Assembly: GCA_034669905.1 (NCBI GenBank)
Contig: JAXMOL010000038.1
Coordinates: 17,367-81,366 of the forward strand
Length of the DNA: 64,000 nt
Origin: Candidatus Hydrogenedentota bacterium
GTDB taxonomy: Bacteria > Hydrogenedentota > Hydrogenedentia > Hydrogenedentales > JAEUWI01
Direction of reading: 5' to 3'
The position numbers and the translations under genes were made by a program. The notes under the pieces were generated by a model, which worked only from the letters and a program-made list of their open reading frames with translations, had not been told where the DNA came from and searched no databases. This document shows positions 50,778 through 61,036 of the stretch, one piece after another; the first letter of the stretch is position 1; every line of letters starts with the position of its first letter.

Positions 50778-51731
50778 TTACCGCGTTACACCCTGATTGT
50801 ACCAGCACGTACCCGGTCCGCGCCCTGCAGGCTGTTGTGCACCGCGACCGTAGCCCCGGCCATTACCAAGACCGTTACCGCGGCCATAGCCCTGGCCATT
50901 ACCAAGGCCGTTGCCGCGGCCGTAGCCCTGACCATTGCCAAGACCCTTGCCGCGGCCGTAGCCCTGGCCATTACCAAGACCGTTACCGCGGCCGTAGCCC
51001 TGACCATTACCAAGACCGTTACGGCGGCCATAGCCCTGGCCATTGCCAAGACCGTTACGGCGGCCATAGCCCTGACCATTGCCAAGACCGTTGCCGCGGC
51101 CGTAGCCCCGACCATTGCCAAGACCGTTACCGCGACCGTAACCCTGGCCACGTCCCTGTCCATTCAGGCCAGCCGACGCACGGTCCACGAAACGCTGAAA
51201 GGCCGGCAGGTGGTGCTCCATCGTGGCATACTGGAGCGCCGCAAAGACAGCGCGCACTTCTGGATTCGTCACATCCGCCAGGAGCTTGTCATAGAGGCTA
51301 CCGTTGTCCATTTCTCCCTGTACGGAAGCCTCCGCCGCGGCCAGGAGGGTGTCGAAGGCCGGCACACGGGTCGCCCACGTATCGGCGGGCACCGGAACGC
51401 CGTAGCGGGTGTAAAGCTGGGTCAACATAGCCACGTGGCGCCCTTCGGCCCTTACGATATTCGAGAAGGGGCGCACCGTGCCGAAATCGGCCAGCACGCG
51501 GCTGTAGGTGGCACGGGATTTGTACTCATCTTGCAGCGCCACTTCCAGGGCATTGCGTTCTGCCGTGGAAAGCGGTTGGGTAGGAGCCGCCGTATTCCAT
51601 AGACTCTGAGGTCCATTCAGGCAACAGGCACCCGGTGCGCCCGGGCGACCCGGCTGGGCCAGTGCGGTCGCTGTCAGCACAAGGGCCGCGACAGCGACCA
51701 AGAGGTTGGTCATTCTGTGTGCATGTTTCAT
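50778..51731 (-). CDS. Exported ferritin-like (DUF2202-type) protein with Gly/Asn/Tyr/Arg-rich repeat tail
   Basis: Signal peptide; DEYKSR..Y, FSNIVRAEGRH, E..N..LY, HHLPAF; AAAGGAGG RBS. Confidence 0.82.
   Translation of the reverse strand: MKHAHRMTNLLVAVAALVLTATALAQPGRPGAPGACCLNGPQSLWNTAAPTQPLSTAERNALEVALQDEYKSRATYSRVLADFGTVRPFSNIVRAEGRHVAMLTQLYTRYGVPVPADTWATRVPAFDTLLAAAEASVQGEMDNGSLYDKLLADVTNPEVRAVFAALQYATMEHHLPAFQRFVDRASAGLNGQGRGQGYGRGNGLGNGRGYGRGNGLGNGQGYGRRNGLGNGQGYGRRNGLGNGQGYGRGNGLGNGQGYGRGKGLGNGQGYGRGNGLGNGQGYGRGNGLGNGRGYGRGAQQPAGRGPGTCWYNQGVTR
50842..51150 (-). repeat. 36-bp coding tandem repeat, about 8.5 copies (GNG[QR]GYGR[GR]NGL)
   Basis: Directly visible in both DNA and protein. 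Confidence 0.95.
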
Positions 51732-51805
51732 GGCACGCCTTCCTTTCTGAAACCACACCACGCGGTTTCGATTCCGTGGCCCCGACGGGGCCTTACCTTG
51801 AAAGG

Positions 51806-51820
51806 GCATAAAGCGTGCCT
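51806..51820 (-). promoter_or_regulatory. sigma54 promoter upstream of the ferritin-like gene
   Basis: Minus strand AGGCACGCTTTATGC (GG-N10-GC), about 75 bp before the ATG; TGCA-aaaaa-TGCA palindrome at 51882-51894. Confidence 0.6.
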
Positions 51821-52016
51821 GAATAAACATGGAAATATCGTCGAAAGTGGACCGCTCAGTGCGGCAAAGGTGTCCTCCCCATGCAAAAAATGCAGCGCAC
51901 TCCCGTCATCCGCCACCCAAGGAAAGGCTTGACTCCGGTTGAATAATTTCGCATGGTAAGATTTCCGTTACATTTTCCATACCTACCAAACGAACCAACT
52001 GGGAGAATCTTGAATC

Positions 52017-52532
52017 ATGCCAAAAGTTGATATCGCAGCAGAGATTGACGCTGCGGAAGCTCGCGTCAAACAGCTGGGGCGAACCACTAAGGCGGTGGCC
52101 GGTGCGCAAAAAAAGAAATATGCCGAATTTGAAACATTGAACGGGGCGCTCTTTGAAGGTATCGAAGTCATTGCAGACAGCAAGAAAGCACTCAAGAAGG
52201 AGAAGGACGGCCGCAAGATCAAGGCGCTGGAAGCTGAGATTGATGCCCAGGAAAAAACCTTTAAGAAAATCTCAACCAAGCTCACACCCATCGTGCGGGA
52301 TCTGGGACGCTCGGGCACCGAAGGCGATGCCCTCAATGAGCAGCTGAAAGCGGAGCGGGCGACTTTGGTGGAGCTCGGCAACAGCCTGAAACGGACGGGC
52401 GGCGAATTGGATCAGCTTCGCACTTGGGCGGGGGAAATCAAGGCCCTTATCAAGAAGGTGGGTGCAATCGCGGAAACCGCCGGTCAGGTCGCCGAATTGC
52501 CCAGCAGCCTTCCTCGGACACCCACCCTGTAA
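52017..52532 (+). CDS. Hypothetical Lys/Glu-rich coiled-coil protein
   Basis: 171-aa ORF, GGAG RBS, helical heptad composition. Confidence 0.7.
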   Translation: MPKVDIAAEIDAAEARVKQLGRTTKAVAGAQKKKYAEFETLNGALFEGIEVIADSKKALKKEKDGRKIKALEAEIDAQEKTFKKISTKLTPIVRDLGRSGTEGDALNEQLKAERATLVELGNSLKRTGGELDQLRTWAGEIKALIKKVGAIAETAGQVAELPSSLPRTPTL

Positions 52533-52616
52533 GACAACACGGAAACGGGATGGTCCGTGCAGACGACATGGGGGGTAGCACGACCCAAGTCGTACCACCC
52601 CATAAATCCATATGGG

Positions 52617-52892
52617 CTATGCGGCGCGGCGCGTCCGGTAGCTGCTATGGGTGCCGCCCCAGCCCCCCATGTCGAGGATCACCCCCACGATGACGAGGGC
52701 GATTCCCATGCCCTGGAGGCCAAACTGGTTCACCGCAATGGCGTAGAACAGGGTCGTAAAGGGCATGAACAGGAAGCCGAGCAAGGGAAACAACACCGAC
52801 TCAAAGGCGGCGGCGCCATAACCACTCAACCAGACAAAGATCAGGGCGATTCGGGGAAAGAATGCGCCGATAACGGCAAATACGCATGGCAT
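52617..52892 (-). CDS. Small membrane protein
   Basis: MPCVFAVIGAFFPR..LGFLFMPFTT; GGAGG RBS. Confidence 0.75.
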   Translation of the reverse strand: MPCVFAVIGAFFPRIALIFVWLSGYGAAAFESVLFPLLGFLFMPFTTLFYAIAVNQFGLQGMGIALVIVGVILDMGGWGGTHSSYRTRRAA

Positions 52893-52904
52893 GACCAATC
52901 CTCC

Positions 52905-53066
52905 TTAACGTTCCAGTGCAATCAAGACGCCGGCCACAATCGCCAGCACACCCATAATCAGCCCCAGGCCTTCGAAGTGCAAGTCGACTAAGGTCATAAG
53001 TCCAGAGAGTACCAGCCAGACGGCCAGCAGTTTCAGGCCCATGTGGGGGGGAATTCTTCGTCGCAT
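52905..53066 (-). CDS. Small two-TM membrane protein (53 aa)
   Basis: GGAGGA RBS; LLAVWLVLSGL..LAIVAGVLI. Confidence 0.7.
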   Translation of the reverse strand: MRRRIPPHMGLKLLAVWLVLSGLMTLVDLHFEGLGLIMGVLAIVAGVLIALER

Positions 53067-53280
53067 CGTCAGGTCCTCCTTCAAGGTTTTCCTGTGCCGC
53101 AGAACGCTCCGTCCCGGCGACACAGGGCACCTGACTCCCGCAATCGCTGTGCCACAATACGCAACCCATTTCCTATCAGATGGTTACGCATATACCGCTG
53201 CACACCCACTGTCGGCCTGTATAGTTTCGATACAGGTGATCGGGCACCTTCGGAACAACCGCCCTGCTACCCCCCTATCC

Positions 53281-55068
53281 TCAGCTGGTCTGTTCCTTCG
53301 CGTAGAGGTCTGCAATCACGGTCTCATTGTTGGAAAGCACCACATTGCGTTTAATCTTCATGGTGGGCGTCATTTCCCCGCCCTCGACAGTAAAGTTGCC
53401 GTCGAGAATGTGATAGCGCTTGACCTGCTCGTAACGGGCCAGTTGGAGGTTGGCATTGTCGATGGCCTGACTGACCCGGGCCTGGATTTCCTCGTCGGAA
53501 AAATCGTTTTGCTCCAGCATTTCGGGCGACAGCGTGATAAGCGCCACGAGATAGGGCTTGCGGTCTCCCACGATGACCACCTCACCAATGAGGGATTCCC
53601 GCTTGATGAGCAATTCGATATTGGAAGGGGCCACGTTCTTGCCCCCCGCCGTAATGATGAGATTCTTTTTTCGGTCCGTAATCTTGAGGAAACCATCGTC
53701 ATCAATCTCGCCAATATCCCCCGTGTAGAGCCAGCCGTCGTTATCCAGGACATCTCGGGTGGCTTTTTCGTTATTCAGATACCCCTGAAAGACCGAGGGG
53801 CTCCGCATGAGCACCTCCCCGTCTTCGGCGATACGGACCTCACAGTGATTCACCGCTTTCCCCACGGTGCCGACACGCAACGCATGACGGGCGCTGATAT
53901 GGCTGCAACCGCCGTACTCGGAAAGGCCGTAGGACTCACAAAACAAGATACCGAGGGCCAGAAAAAACTCTACGATTTCATCGTCAATAGGGGCGGCACC
54001 CGAGGTCACAGCCCGAAGCCGCCCGCCCAATTGGGCCCGTACCTTGGACAAGACCAGCCGGTCGGCCACCCAGTGCCGCGCCCGCAGCCACGGCCCGGCC
54101 ACCTGTTGTTCGACTTGTTTTCGGGCCATCTCGCCCCCGACCCCCATCGCCCAACGAAAGAGCCGTTGCTTCCCCGCCGGGGCCTGCGCGACCGCATCCA
54201 GTACCCGGTGATAAATCTTTTCATAGACCCGGGGCACGGCCACCAACACGGTGGGGGACTTCTCTTTCATCACGACCCCCACCTGGGTCATGTCGGGACA
54301 GAAGTACGCGTTCATACCCGAATAGATGCGCCCCATAAAGCTGCAAGTATGTTCCGCCACATGGCTCATGGGCAGAAAGGCGATCATCGTGTCTTCTTCG
54401 GTCGTTTCCTGTTGGGTATCAACCACATTGATGGCGTTGGCCACACAATTGCCGTGACTCAGCACCACCCCCTTCGGGTTGCCCGTCGTGCCGCTGGTAT
54501 AAATGAGCACCGCATAATCCTCGGGCTGAACCGCTTGCCACAGGGCATCATACCGTGAGGGGTCTTCTGCTGCCAGGGCCGCGCCCCGTTCCAGCAGGGT
54601 TGTCATGGGGATAACCCGCCCGTCATCCGGGGCGGCACCCGACCAGAGAATGTAGTGGGTTACGGAAGGCGTCTGCCCGGCCAGTGCCAGCGCCTGGGCC
54701 AGGCGCTCCGGCGTATCGACACACAGAACGCTGGCCTGCGTGTCGTTCAGGATATAGACGGCCTGCTCGTCGGCAGTAGATTGGTAGATGCCCGCCACGT
54801 GCCCTCCGGCGGCCATGGCCCCCAGGTCGAGGATGGTCCACTCGGGCATGGTGTCGCCCCAGATGGCCACGCAGGTGCCGCGCCTTACCCCCAACTCGGA
54901 AAGTCCCAGCGTCGCCTCGGCCACCCGTTTCCCATACGTGCCGTAGGAGACGGCCTGCCAGGTGTCGCCTTCTTTGCACTCGTAGGCGGTGCGCTCGGGC
55001 GACTGGGCCACCCGACGACAAAAGAGCTCCGACACCGTGCGACTCGAACTGAGGGTTTCTTCCGACAT
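53281..55068 (-). CDS. Long-chain fatty acid-CoA ligase
   Basis: IYTSGTTGNPKG, YGLSE, TGD, DRKK, AGGKNVAP. Confidence 0.92.
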   Translation of the reverse strand: MSEETLSSSRTVSELFCRRVAQSPERTAYECKEGDTWQAVSYGTYGKRVAEATLGLSELGVRRGTCVAIWGDTMPEWTILDLGAMAAGGHVAGIYQSTADEQAVYILNDTQASVLCVDTPERLAQALALAGQTPSVTHYILWSGAAPDDGRVIPMTTLLERGAALAAEDPSRYDALWQAVQPEDYAVLIYTSGTTGNPKGVVLSHGNCVANAINVVDTQQETTEEDTMIAFLPMSHVAEHTCSFMGRIYSGMNAYFCPDMTQVGVVMKEKSPTVLVAVPRVYEKIYHRVLDAVAQAPAGKQRLFRWAMGVGGEMARKQVEQQVAGPWLRARHWVADRLVLSKVRAQLGGRLRAVTSGAAPIDDEIVEFFLALGILFCESYGLSEYGGCSHISARHALRVGTVGKAVNHCEVRIAEDGEVLMRSPSVFQGYLNNEKATRDVLDNDGWLYTGDIGEIDDDGFLKITDRKKNLIITAGGKNVAPSNIELLIKRESLIGEVVIVGDRKPYLVALITLSPEMLEQNDFSDEEIQARVSQAIDNANLQLARYEQVKRYHILDGNFTVEGGEMTPTMKIKRNVVLSNNETVIADLYAKEQTS

Positions 55069-55217
55069 AACAGCCCTTCCTGATTTACGGGAGGGCACCG
55101 GACGCACCCATCCGAATACACCGCGAACGGGGCGTGGCCCACCATACCTTCGAGTCTAACAAGGCCCTCGGGATTCCACAACTAAAAACGCGCTCGCGGG
55201 CCTGAAAACCAAGGGGT

Positions 55218-55595
55218 TTATCCTTGAAAGGCGTCTCGAATCAGGCGAATGTCCGGTTTACCGGTCTCGGGAAGAATGACGCTCACCACATCGAAGCGGT
55301 AGTAGACCCCGGGTGCGTCCTCCCGGGCATCCATGTAGCGGCGGGCCGCCTGCCGGATGCGGTGCTGCTTGGTGGGGCCAATCGTATCTTCCGGTGGGAT
55401 TTCGTCGCGGGTCGCCCGGGTCCGAACTTCAACGAAGGCGATGGTGTCCCCTTCCCGGGCGATGATATCGATTTCGTAGCGCCCCAGGAATTGATTGCGG
55501 GCCAGGATGGTGTAGCCCGCCCGCTTCAGATGCCGTACGGCCGCATCTTCGCCTTGTTGCCCCAGTGACCGCGGGCTCTTACGTGGCCACCACAC
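55218..55595 (-). CDS. yraN: YraN/UPF0102 family protein
   Basis: LGQQGEDAA..L..GY.I..RN, EIDII, FVEVR, RFDVV; start approximate. Confidence 0.88.
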   Translation of the reverse strand: MWWPRKSPRSLGQQGEDAAVRHLKRAGYTILARNQFLGRYEIDIIAREGDTIAFVEVRTRATRDEIPPEDTIGPTKQHRIRQAARRYMDAREDAPGVYYRFDVVSVILPETGKPDIRLIRDAFQG

Positions 55596-56484
55596 CCGTC
55601 TCTTCCCCTTCGACGTACACATCCCCCTCGTCTTCCTTGGGATCCCGGGCAAACAATCGAATTTCGCCATAGGTGCCATGCTGGTGACAGCGGACACGGC
55701 GCATACGGCACAGCTCGAGAATGGCGAGCAGACAACAGACCAGGTGGATTTTGTTGTTGTTGTCGGCTTTCAGATCGGCCCAGGAGATGCTGTCTTTGCC
55801 CTGGAGCACTTCTTGAATGAAAGCGATTTTCTCGTCGACCGAGGCCCCTTCCAGTTCGACTTCGTGAAACGGCGCGTCAATCACATAGCGCAAGATAGCC
55901 CGGATAGCCTTCATCAGATCATAGAGCGAAATATCCAGTAGCTCGGATTCCTCGTTCTCGTCTTTTTCGATTTTCGGCTTGGAGCTGCGGGCAAAGTGAT
56001 CCTGCGCGCGATCGCCCCGCTCGCCCAGGGCCTTGGCGAGGTCCCGGTATTTGCGGTATTCGAGGAGCTTTTCCACCAATTCCATGCGCGGATCTTCTTC
56101 CTCGATATCTTCATCATCCTCATCATCTTCCAGATCTATGGGCAGAATCATCTTGGATTTGATCTGGATCAGGGTCGCCGCCATAACGAGGAAGTCCCCC
56201 GCCACATCGAGGTTTTCTTCTTCCATCATCTCGAGGAAGCGCAGGTATTGCTCGGTCACCTTGAGGATGGGGATATCGAAAATGTCGATTTCCTGGGATT
56301 TGATGAGGTAAAGCAATACCTCGAAGGGCCCCTCGAACTTCTCCAACTCCAGGCGAAGCACCTCATCGGGGATTTCGTCCTCGATCCCTTCGATGATGAT
56401 GGGGCCGTCTTCAGTGCCCTTGGGGGTCTCTTCGGTGACGGCCGGGGTGGCTTCTTCCGTCGTAGGGGGGCTGGTCTCGCTCAA
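55579..56484 (-). CDS. scpA: Segregation and condensation protein A
   Basis: FEGPFEVLLYLI..EIDI.DI, FLVMAATL.IKS, LAILEL; start approximate. Confidence 0.9.
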   Translation of the reverse strand: MSETSPPTTEEATPAVTEETPKGTEDGPIIIEGIEDEIPDEVLRLELEKFEGPFEVLLYLIKSQEIDIFDIPILKVTEQYLRFLEMMEEENLDVAGDFLVMAATLIQIKSKMILPIDLEDDEDDEDIEEEDPRMELVEKLLEYRKYRDLAKALGERGDRAQDHFARSSKPKIEKDENEESELLDISLYDLMKAIRAILRYVIDAPFHEVELEGASVDEKIAFIQEVLQGKDSISWADLKADNNNKIHLVCCLLAILELCRMRRVRCHQHGTYGEIRLFARDPKEDEGDVYVEGEETGVVAT

Positions 56485-56908
56485 TATAAGGTGCCTGGTA
56501 GATTGGGGGTTACACGTGGTGTCGCGGGGGGCCGCAGGAGACGCTTGCGCACACATCGCCACGATCGCTACCCCGCCCGGGGCTGTTTCCAGCGGATTTT
56601 CCGTCGGGAACGGGGTGATCGTATCCTTTCATCGGGTCCGATCGCAACCGACATCCCGGAGAAAGCCGGGACCCGTGGCACACCGGGGGGTGGTGGTGAA
56701 TGTTGCCATGACCGCAAAGGCCCTGCTAGTATCTGAACCCAGAGAAGCACAGAAAGGTCGGGGCGGGTGCCGTGGCATCCCGGATGACCGTTACCGGCCC
56801 ACCCCTGACCAACATTATGACCTCGAAACTACCGTCGTTTTCTGCCCTGTCCGTCATGAAGACACTCATTGCGCATGCGCACCGTGGAACGCGACCTGGA
56901 GACTGTAT

Positions 56909-57916
56909 ATGCGAATGCATTTCCGCGCCACACTACTGGTAGCACTCATTGCAACCATGGGCTCCCTGGACGCCGCGGCCCAATGGACCTGGACACCCCA
57001 GACGGGGCGCTGGGTCAACCTCAAGCGCCTGCCCAAGGAAACGCCCCAGCTCCAGCTGGAATATGCGCGGGGCCTCATGCTCGACGGGGAATACAACAAG
57101 GCCTGGCGTGAGACCAACAAGTTCGTCAACTTCTACGAAGACAGCGAATACCGCGACGACAACCAGTTCCTCCGCGGTGAGATCAAGATGGCCCAGGGCG
57201 ACTTGCTCGACGGGGCCAAGGAATTTCAGAATCTCATTTCCGCCTACCCCGATACAGACCACTACGACGAAGCCATCGACAAACAATATGAGATCGGTGA
57301 CCTCTTTTTTGAGCGGGGCCAGCTGAAGATCAAGCAAAAATGGACCCTCTGGAAAAAGCGCCCCCTCAAGCGCGCCGTCGAGGTCTACTCCATGGTAATT
57401 GAAAACCAACCCTTCACGGCCAACGCCGCCAAAGCCCAGTATCAGGTGGGCCTTTGCCGCTACACTACCGAGAACTACCTCGAAGCCGCCTTCGATTACC
57501 GCCGCGTCATCGAAGATTACCCGGGCTCCGATTGGGTCGATGAAGCCAGCTACGGCCTGGCCATGTGCTACTACGACATGTCCCTGCCCCCGGAATATGA
57601 TCAGACCCCCAGCCAACTGACCATCGATGCCATCAACAGCTTTGGCAACCGCTATCCCGATGACGAACGTTTGGCGGGCCTCCGGGAGAAGCAGGGCGAA
57701 ATGCAGGAGCACATCGCCCAGCAACAGCTCATCAACGCCAAATTCTACGAAAAGCGCCGGAAATTCGCCTCGGCCAAGATCTACTATGAACTCGTCGTCG
57801 ACAAATATCCGGACAGCAACGCCGCCGTCGAAGCCCGCACGTGGCTGGAAACCCACAGCGGCGTACGCCATATTGGCAGCCCCAAAGCCGACGTCGTGAC
57901 GGTGACGGCCCAATGA
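56909..57916 (+). CDS. bamD: BamD/YfiO-family TPR outer-membrane assembly protein
   Basis: TPR repeats (YP motifs), YDQTP, FYEKR..SA.IYY; upstream of lptE-holA. Confidence 0.8.
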   Translation: MRMHFRATLLVALIATMGSLDAAAQWTWTPQTGRWVNLKRLPKETPQLQLEYARGLMLDGEYNKAWRETNKFVNFYEDSEYRDDNQFLRGEIKMAQGDLLDGAKEFQNLISAYPDTDHYDEAIDKQYEIGDLFFERGQLKIKQKWTLWKKRPLKRAVEVYSMVIENQPFTANAAKAQYQVGLCRYTTENYLEAAFDYRRVIEDYPGSDWVDEASYGLAMCYYDMSLPPEYDQTPSQLTIDAINSFGNRYPDDERLAGLREKQGEMQEHIAQQQLINAKFYEKRRKFASAKIYYELVVDKYPDSNAAVEARTWLETHSGVRHIGSPKADVVTVTAQ

Positions 57917-58488
57917 TTCGGAATACGTTACAGGGTCTCGCCCTGGTGGCAGGCCTGACCGTACTGACAGGTTGCGGGTATAGTGCCCAGAGCACCCTGG
58001 ACCCCCAATACCAGACCATCGCGGTGTCGCCCTTTTTTGACGAGACCAGGGAATACGACCTGCAGGCCCCACTGACCAACGCGGTGACCCGCAAGTTCAT
58101 CCACGACACCCGCCTCGATGTCGTCCACCCGGACAAGGCCGACCTGCTCCTGGAAGGTGTCATTCTGGACTACCGCCTCAAGGGTCTGACCTACGACCGC
58201 AACGACGATGTCACCCAGTATCTCCTCGTGATTACAGCGGGCGTGCGGGTCACCGACCTCCGGAATGGCGAAGTCCTCTGGGAAGAGCAGGTCATGGCGG
58301 GCGAAACCAGTTATTACACCCGGGCAGCGGGCCAATCTTCTGACCGCCTCCGGGGTAATGCCGAAGTCTTCCTGCCCACCGTCCGCTCCTTCGCCAGTGA
58401 CGAGGAAAACCGGGCGGCCGCGGAGGCCCTGGAACAGCTCGCTTCCGACATTTTCTATCGCACGGTGGAGCCCTGGCCTCAGTCCTGA
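57913..58488 (+). CDS. lptE: LptE-family lipoprotein
   Basis: LTGC lipobox followed by GY; ADLLLEG; upstream of holA. Confidence 0.75.
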   Translation: MIRNTLQGLALVAGLTVLTGCGYSAQSTLDPQYQTIAVSPFFDETREYDLQAPLTNAVTRKFIHDTRLDVVHPDKADLLLEGVILDYRLKGLTYDRNDDVTQYLLVITAGVRVTDLRNGEVLWEEQVMAGETSYYTRAAGQSSDRLRGNAEVFLPTVRSFASDEENRAAAEALEQLASDIFYRTVEPWPQS

Positions 58489-58648
58489 GACCGCCAGGCA
58501 GCGCCCCACCGCAGATGTTAAGACCCCTGGGCAGTCGGATCCCGCAGCCCACGAATACCTGGCCTATGGGATGGGCCGGGTAGTCGCTGCGGGGATTGCC
58601 GCCCCTGGTGCAGTGGATTCAATGGGAACACATTAAGGTACGCCGGTT

Positions 58649-59677
58649 ATGCACGCCAATGAATTACTGGATCAAATCGGAAACCGCCCCCTCCCACCCG
58701 TGTTGCTTTTAGGCCCGGGCAAGGCCCCTTTTCAAAAAGAGCCCTGGGAGCCTCAGTTGGCCGAGCGGGCCATCACCCGGATTATCGATACCCTCGTCGA
58801 CCCTTCCATGCGCGATATGGCCCTGGGCGTTTTCTACGCCGACGAAGCCAAAGTCGCCGACATCGTTTTGGAAGCCCAGACCCTCCCTTTCCTCGTCGAG
58901 CGGCGGGTGATCATCGTCCGCAACGCCGATCGTTACAACGCCATGTCCGGCGACAAGAATTCCGTCTTGTATCCGCTGATCGGCTATCTCGAGAATCCAT
59001 CGGAATCCACCCTGCTGGTCTTAATCGCCAGCAAACTGGACAAGCGCAAGAAATTCTACAAGGCCTGCCTCAAGGGCGGTGCCGTGGTGGAATGTCCTCA
59101 ATTAGACGACGGCGCGCTCAATGCCTGGATTCGGGCCGAGGTGCGCAGCAAAGCCAAAGAAATCGACGGAAACGCGGTCAACGAACTCATTCACCGGGGT
59201 GGCAGCCGTCTGGGTGATATTAACAACGCCATCAACCTGGTCAGCACCTACGTGGGCGATGCGCCACGGATCACCCAGGACGACGTGGTGGCTGCCTGCG
59301 CCGATGTGGCCGAAGAAACGGTCTGGGCCCTGACCGACGCCATTGCGGCCTCGGACCCGGATCGGGCCCTGAGCACCCTCTTCCAGCTGAGCGATCTCGG
59401 CAAGAGCCCCGACGAAATCATGGGGCTTATTAACTGGCTGCTGGACAGCGCCTACCGGGCCATGCCGGAGACCGACGCGACGTTGAAGAGTTCCTTTGTG
59501 GGCCAGAAAGTATTGCCCCTGGCCCGAAAGCTGGGGCTGTCCAAACTGAAGCGGGCCTTCGCCCTGTGCACAGAAACCCACCTCATGCTGCGCAGCACGG
59601 GTGTGGACCAGATGCTGGCCCTCGAACTGCTCGTGATTAAGCTGTCCGCGCCCCGGCCGCGACCGACCCGGGCCTAG
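58649..59677 (+). CDS. holA: DNA polymerase III delta subunit
   Basis: AQTLPFLVERRVIIV, LDKRKK, VWALTDAI, LELLVIKL. Confidence 0.88.
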   Translation: MHANELLDQIGNRPLPPVLLLGPGKAPFQKEPWEPQLAERAITRIIDTLVDPSMRDMALGVFYADEAKVADIVLEAQTLPFLVERRVIIVRNADRYNAMSGDKNSVLYPLIGYLENPSESTLLVLIASKLDKRKKFYKACLKGGAVVECPQLDDGALNAWIRAEVRSKAKEIDGNAVNELIHRGGSRLGDINNAINLVSTYVGDAPRITQDDVVAACADVAEETVWALTDAIAASDPDRALSTLFQLSDLGKSPDEIMGLINWLLDSAYRAMPETDATLKSSFVGQKVLPLARKLGLSKLKRAFALCTETHLMLRSTGVDQMLALELLVIKLSAPRPRPTRA

Positions 59678-59700
59678 GCCGGAGCGATACCCTTGGGAGA

Positions 59701-60789
59701 ATGCGGGCTATGAAGGACAAGCAATTCGAATGCGGCCAATGCGGTGCCTCGCTGGAATTTGCCCCCGGCACCGACGGCCTCACCTGCCCCTACTGTGGCC
59801 ACGAAAACCCGATTGCTCCCGTCGAAGACACCATCGAAGAGCTCGACTATCATGCCGCCCTCAACAATGCAGCCGACACCGCCGATCTGGAAGAACGGCT
59901 GGAAATAGACTGTACATCGTGCGGGGCATCCACAACGCTGGCCCCCAATGTGGCCGCCGACGAGTGCCCTTTTTGTGGCACTCCCATCGTGAAGGCCGGC
60001 ACCACCCACCGCATGCTGCGCCCCAAGGCCCTCCTGTCTTTCAAAATACGGCGGGAAGAAGCCCAGACGGCCTTCCGTGATTGGATCGGCGGACTCTGGT
60101 TTGCCCCCAACGCCCTCAAGAAACGGGGAAAGCAATCGGAACGCCTCCAGGGGGTCTATATGCCTTACTGGACCTACGACTGTGACACCCGGAGCCGCTA
60201 CACCGGCCAGCGGGGCGAACACTATTGGGACACCGTGACCCGCACCGTGACGGTGAATGGAAAAAGCGAACGACGCACGGAACGCGTGCGCAAGACCCGC
60301 TGGTATCCCGCCAGTGGCCGGGTACGCAATACCTTCGATGATGTGCTGGTGCTGGCGAGCGAGTCTCTCCCCCGAAAAAAGACGGACGACCTCGAACCCT
60401 GGGACCTCCGCAATCTGGTGCCCTACAAAGATGAATACCTGAGCGGATTCAAGGCGGAGAGCTACAAGGTCCCGCTGGTTGCCGGCTTTGAGCACGCGAA
60501 ATACAAAATGGACCCCGTTATTCGCGCAAGTATCTGTCGGGATATTGGCGGTGATGAGCAGCGCATCCGCGACGTCTCCACAGAGTATCGGGACATAACC
60601 TTCAAGCATGTGTTGCTGCCCATCTGGATCAGTGCTTACCGATACCATAATAAAATCTACCGTTTCATGGTCAATGGACGGACCGGCGAAGTGCAGGGCG
60701 AACGGCCCTGGAGCTGGATCAAGATCACCTTTGCCGCACTCGTTGGTGCCGCAATTGTGGGTGCCATTGTGTGGGCCACCAACGCCTGA
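59701..60789 (+). CDS. Double zinc-ribbon membrane-anchored protein
   Basis: Four CxxC motifs; GVYMPYWTYD; LLPIW; VNGRTGEVQGERP; C-terminal TM. Confidence 0.8.
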   Translation: MRAMKDKQFECGQCGASLEFAPGTDGLTCPYCGHENPIAPVEDTIEELDYHAALNNAADTADLEERLEIDCTSCGASTTLAPNVAADECPFCGTPIVKAGTTHRMLRPKALLSFKIRREEAQTAFRDWIGGLWFAPNALKKRGKQSERLQGVYMPYWTYDCDTRSRYTGQRGEHYWDTVTRTVTVNGKSERRTERVRKTRWYPASGRVRNTFDDVLVLASESLPRKKTDDLEPWDLRNLVPYKDEYLSGFKAESYKVPLVAGFEHAKYKMDPVIRASICRDIGGDEQRIRDVSTEYRDITFKHVLLPIWISAYRYHNKIYRFMVNGRTGEVQGERPWSWIKITFAALVGAAIVGAIVWATNA

Positions 60790-60857
60790 TCAGGCGGGCA
60801 ATGGACGGGTTATTCTGAGAATAGATTTCTCTTTCCACATGCGATGGGGCCTTTTTC

Positions 60858-60886
60858 TTGCATTATTCCCGGTAGGTCACTACAAT
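60858..60886 (+). promoter_or_regulatory. sigma70 promoter for ilvC
   Basis: TTGCAT-17 bp-TACAAT. Confidence 0.65.
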
Positions 60887-61036
60887 ATGCGGGTTGTGCG
60901 CATTTTATTTGTATGCTTACGGGCCACCCACAAGGGGTTTGGTCCGCAACCAAAGCCTGGCCCAACACCTGATTCCTTGACGCAAATCCCACTGCCACAA
61001 GGACGGGCCACATTCTGACTCTACTGGAGGAGTAAC

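Noticed and set aside
50283..51602. Plus-strand ORF with AVALAITKT repeats
   Set aside because: Reverse complement of the 36-bp repeat in the ferritin-like gene, which has the RBS, signal peptide and family motifs.
59701..60789. PriA or helicase assignment for the zinc-ribbon protein
   Set aside because: No Walker or helicase motifs; only CxxC ribbons and a TM tail.
60887..61018. Val/Ile/Leu-containing leader peptide (MRVVRILFVCL) before ilvC
   Set aside because: The ATG abuts the predicted -10 box, so it would lie upstream of the transcript start; no RBS or attenuator hairpin is evident.
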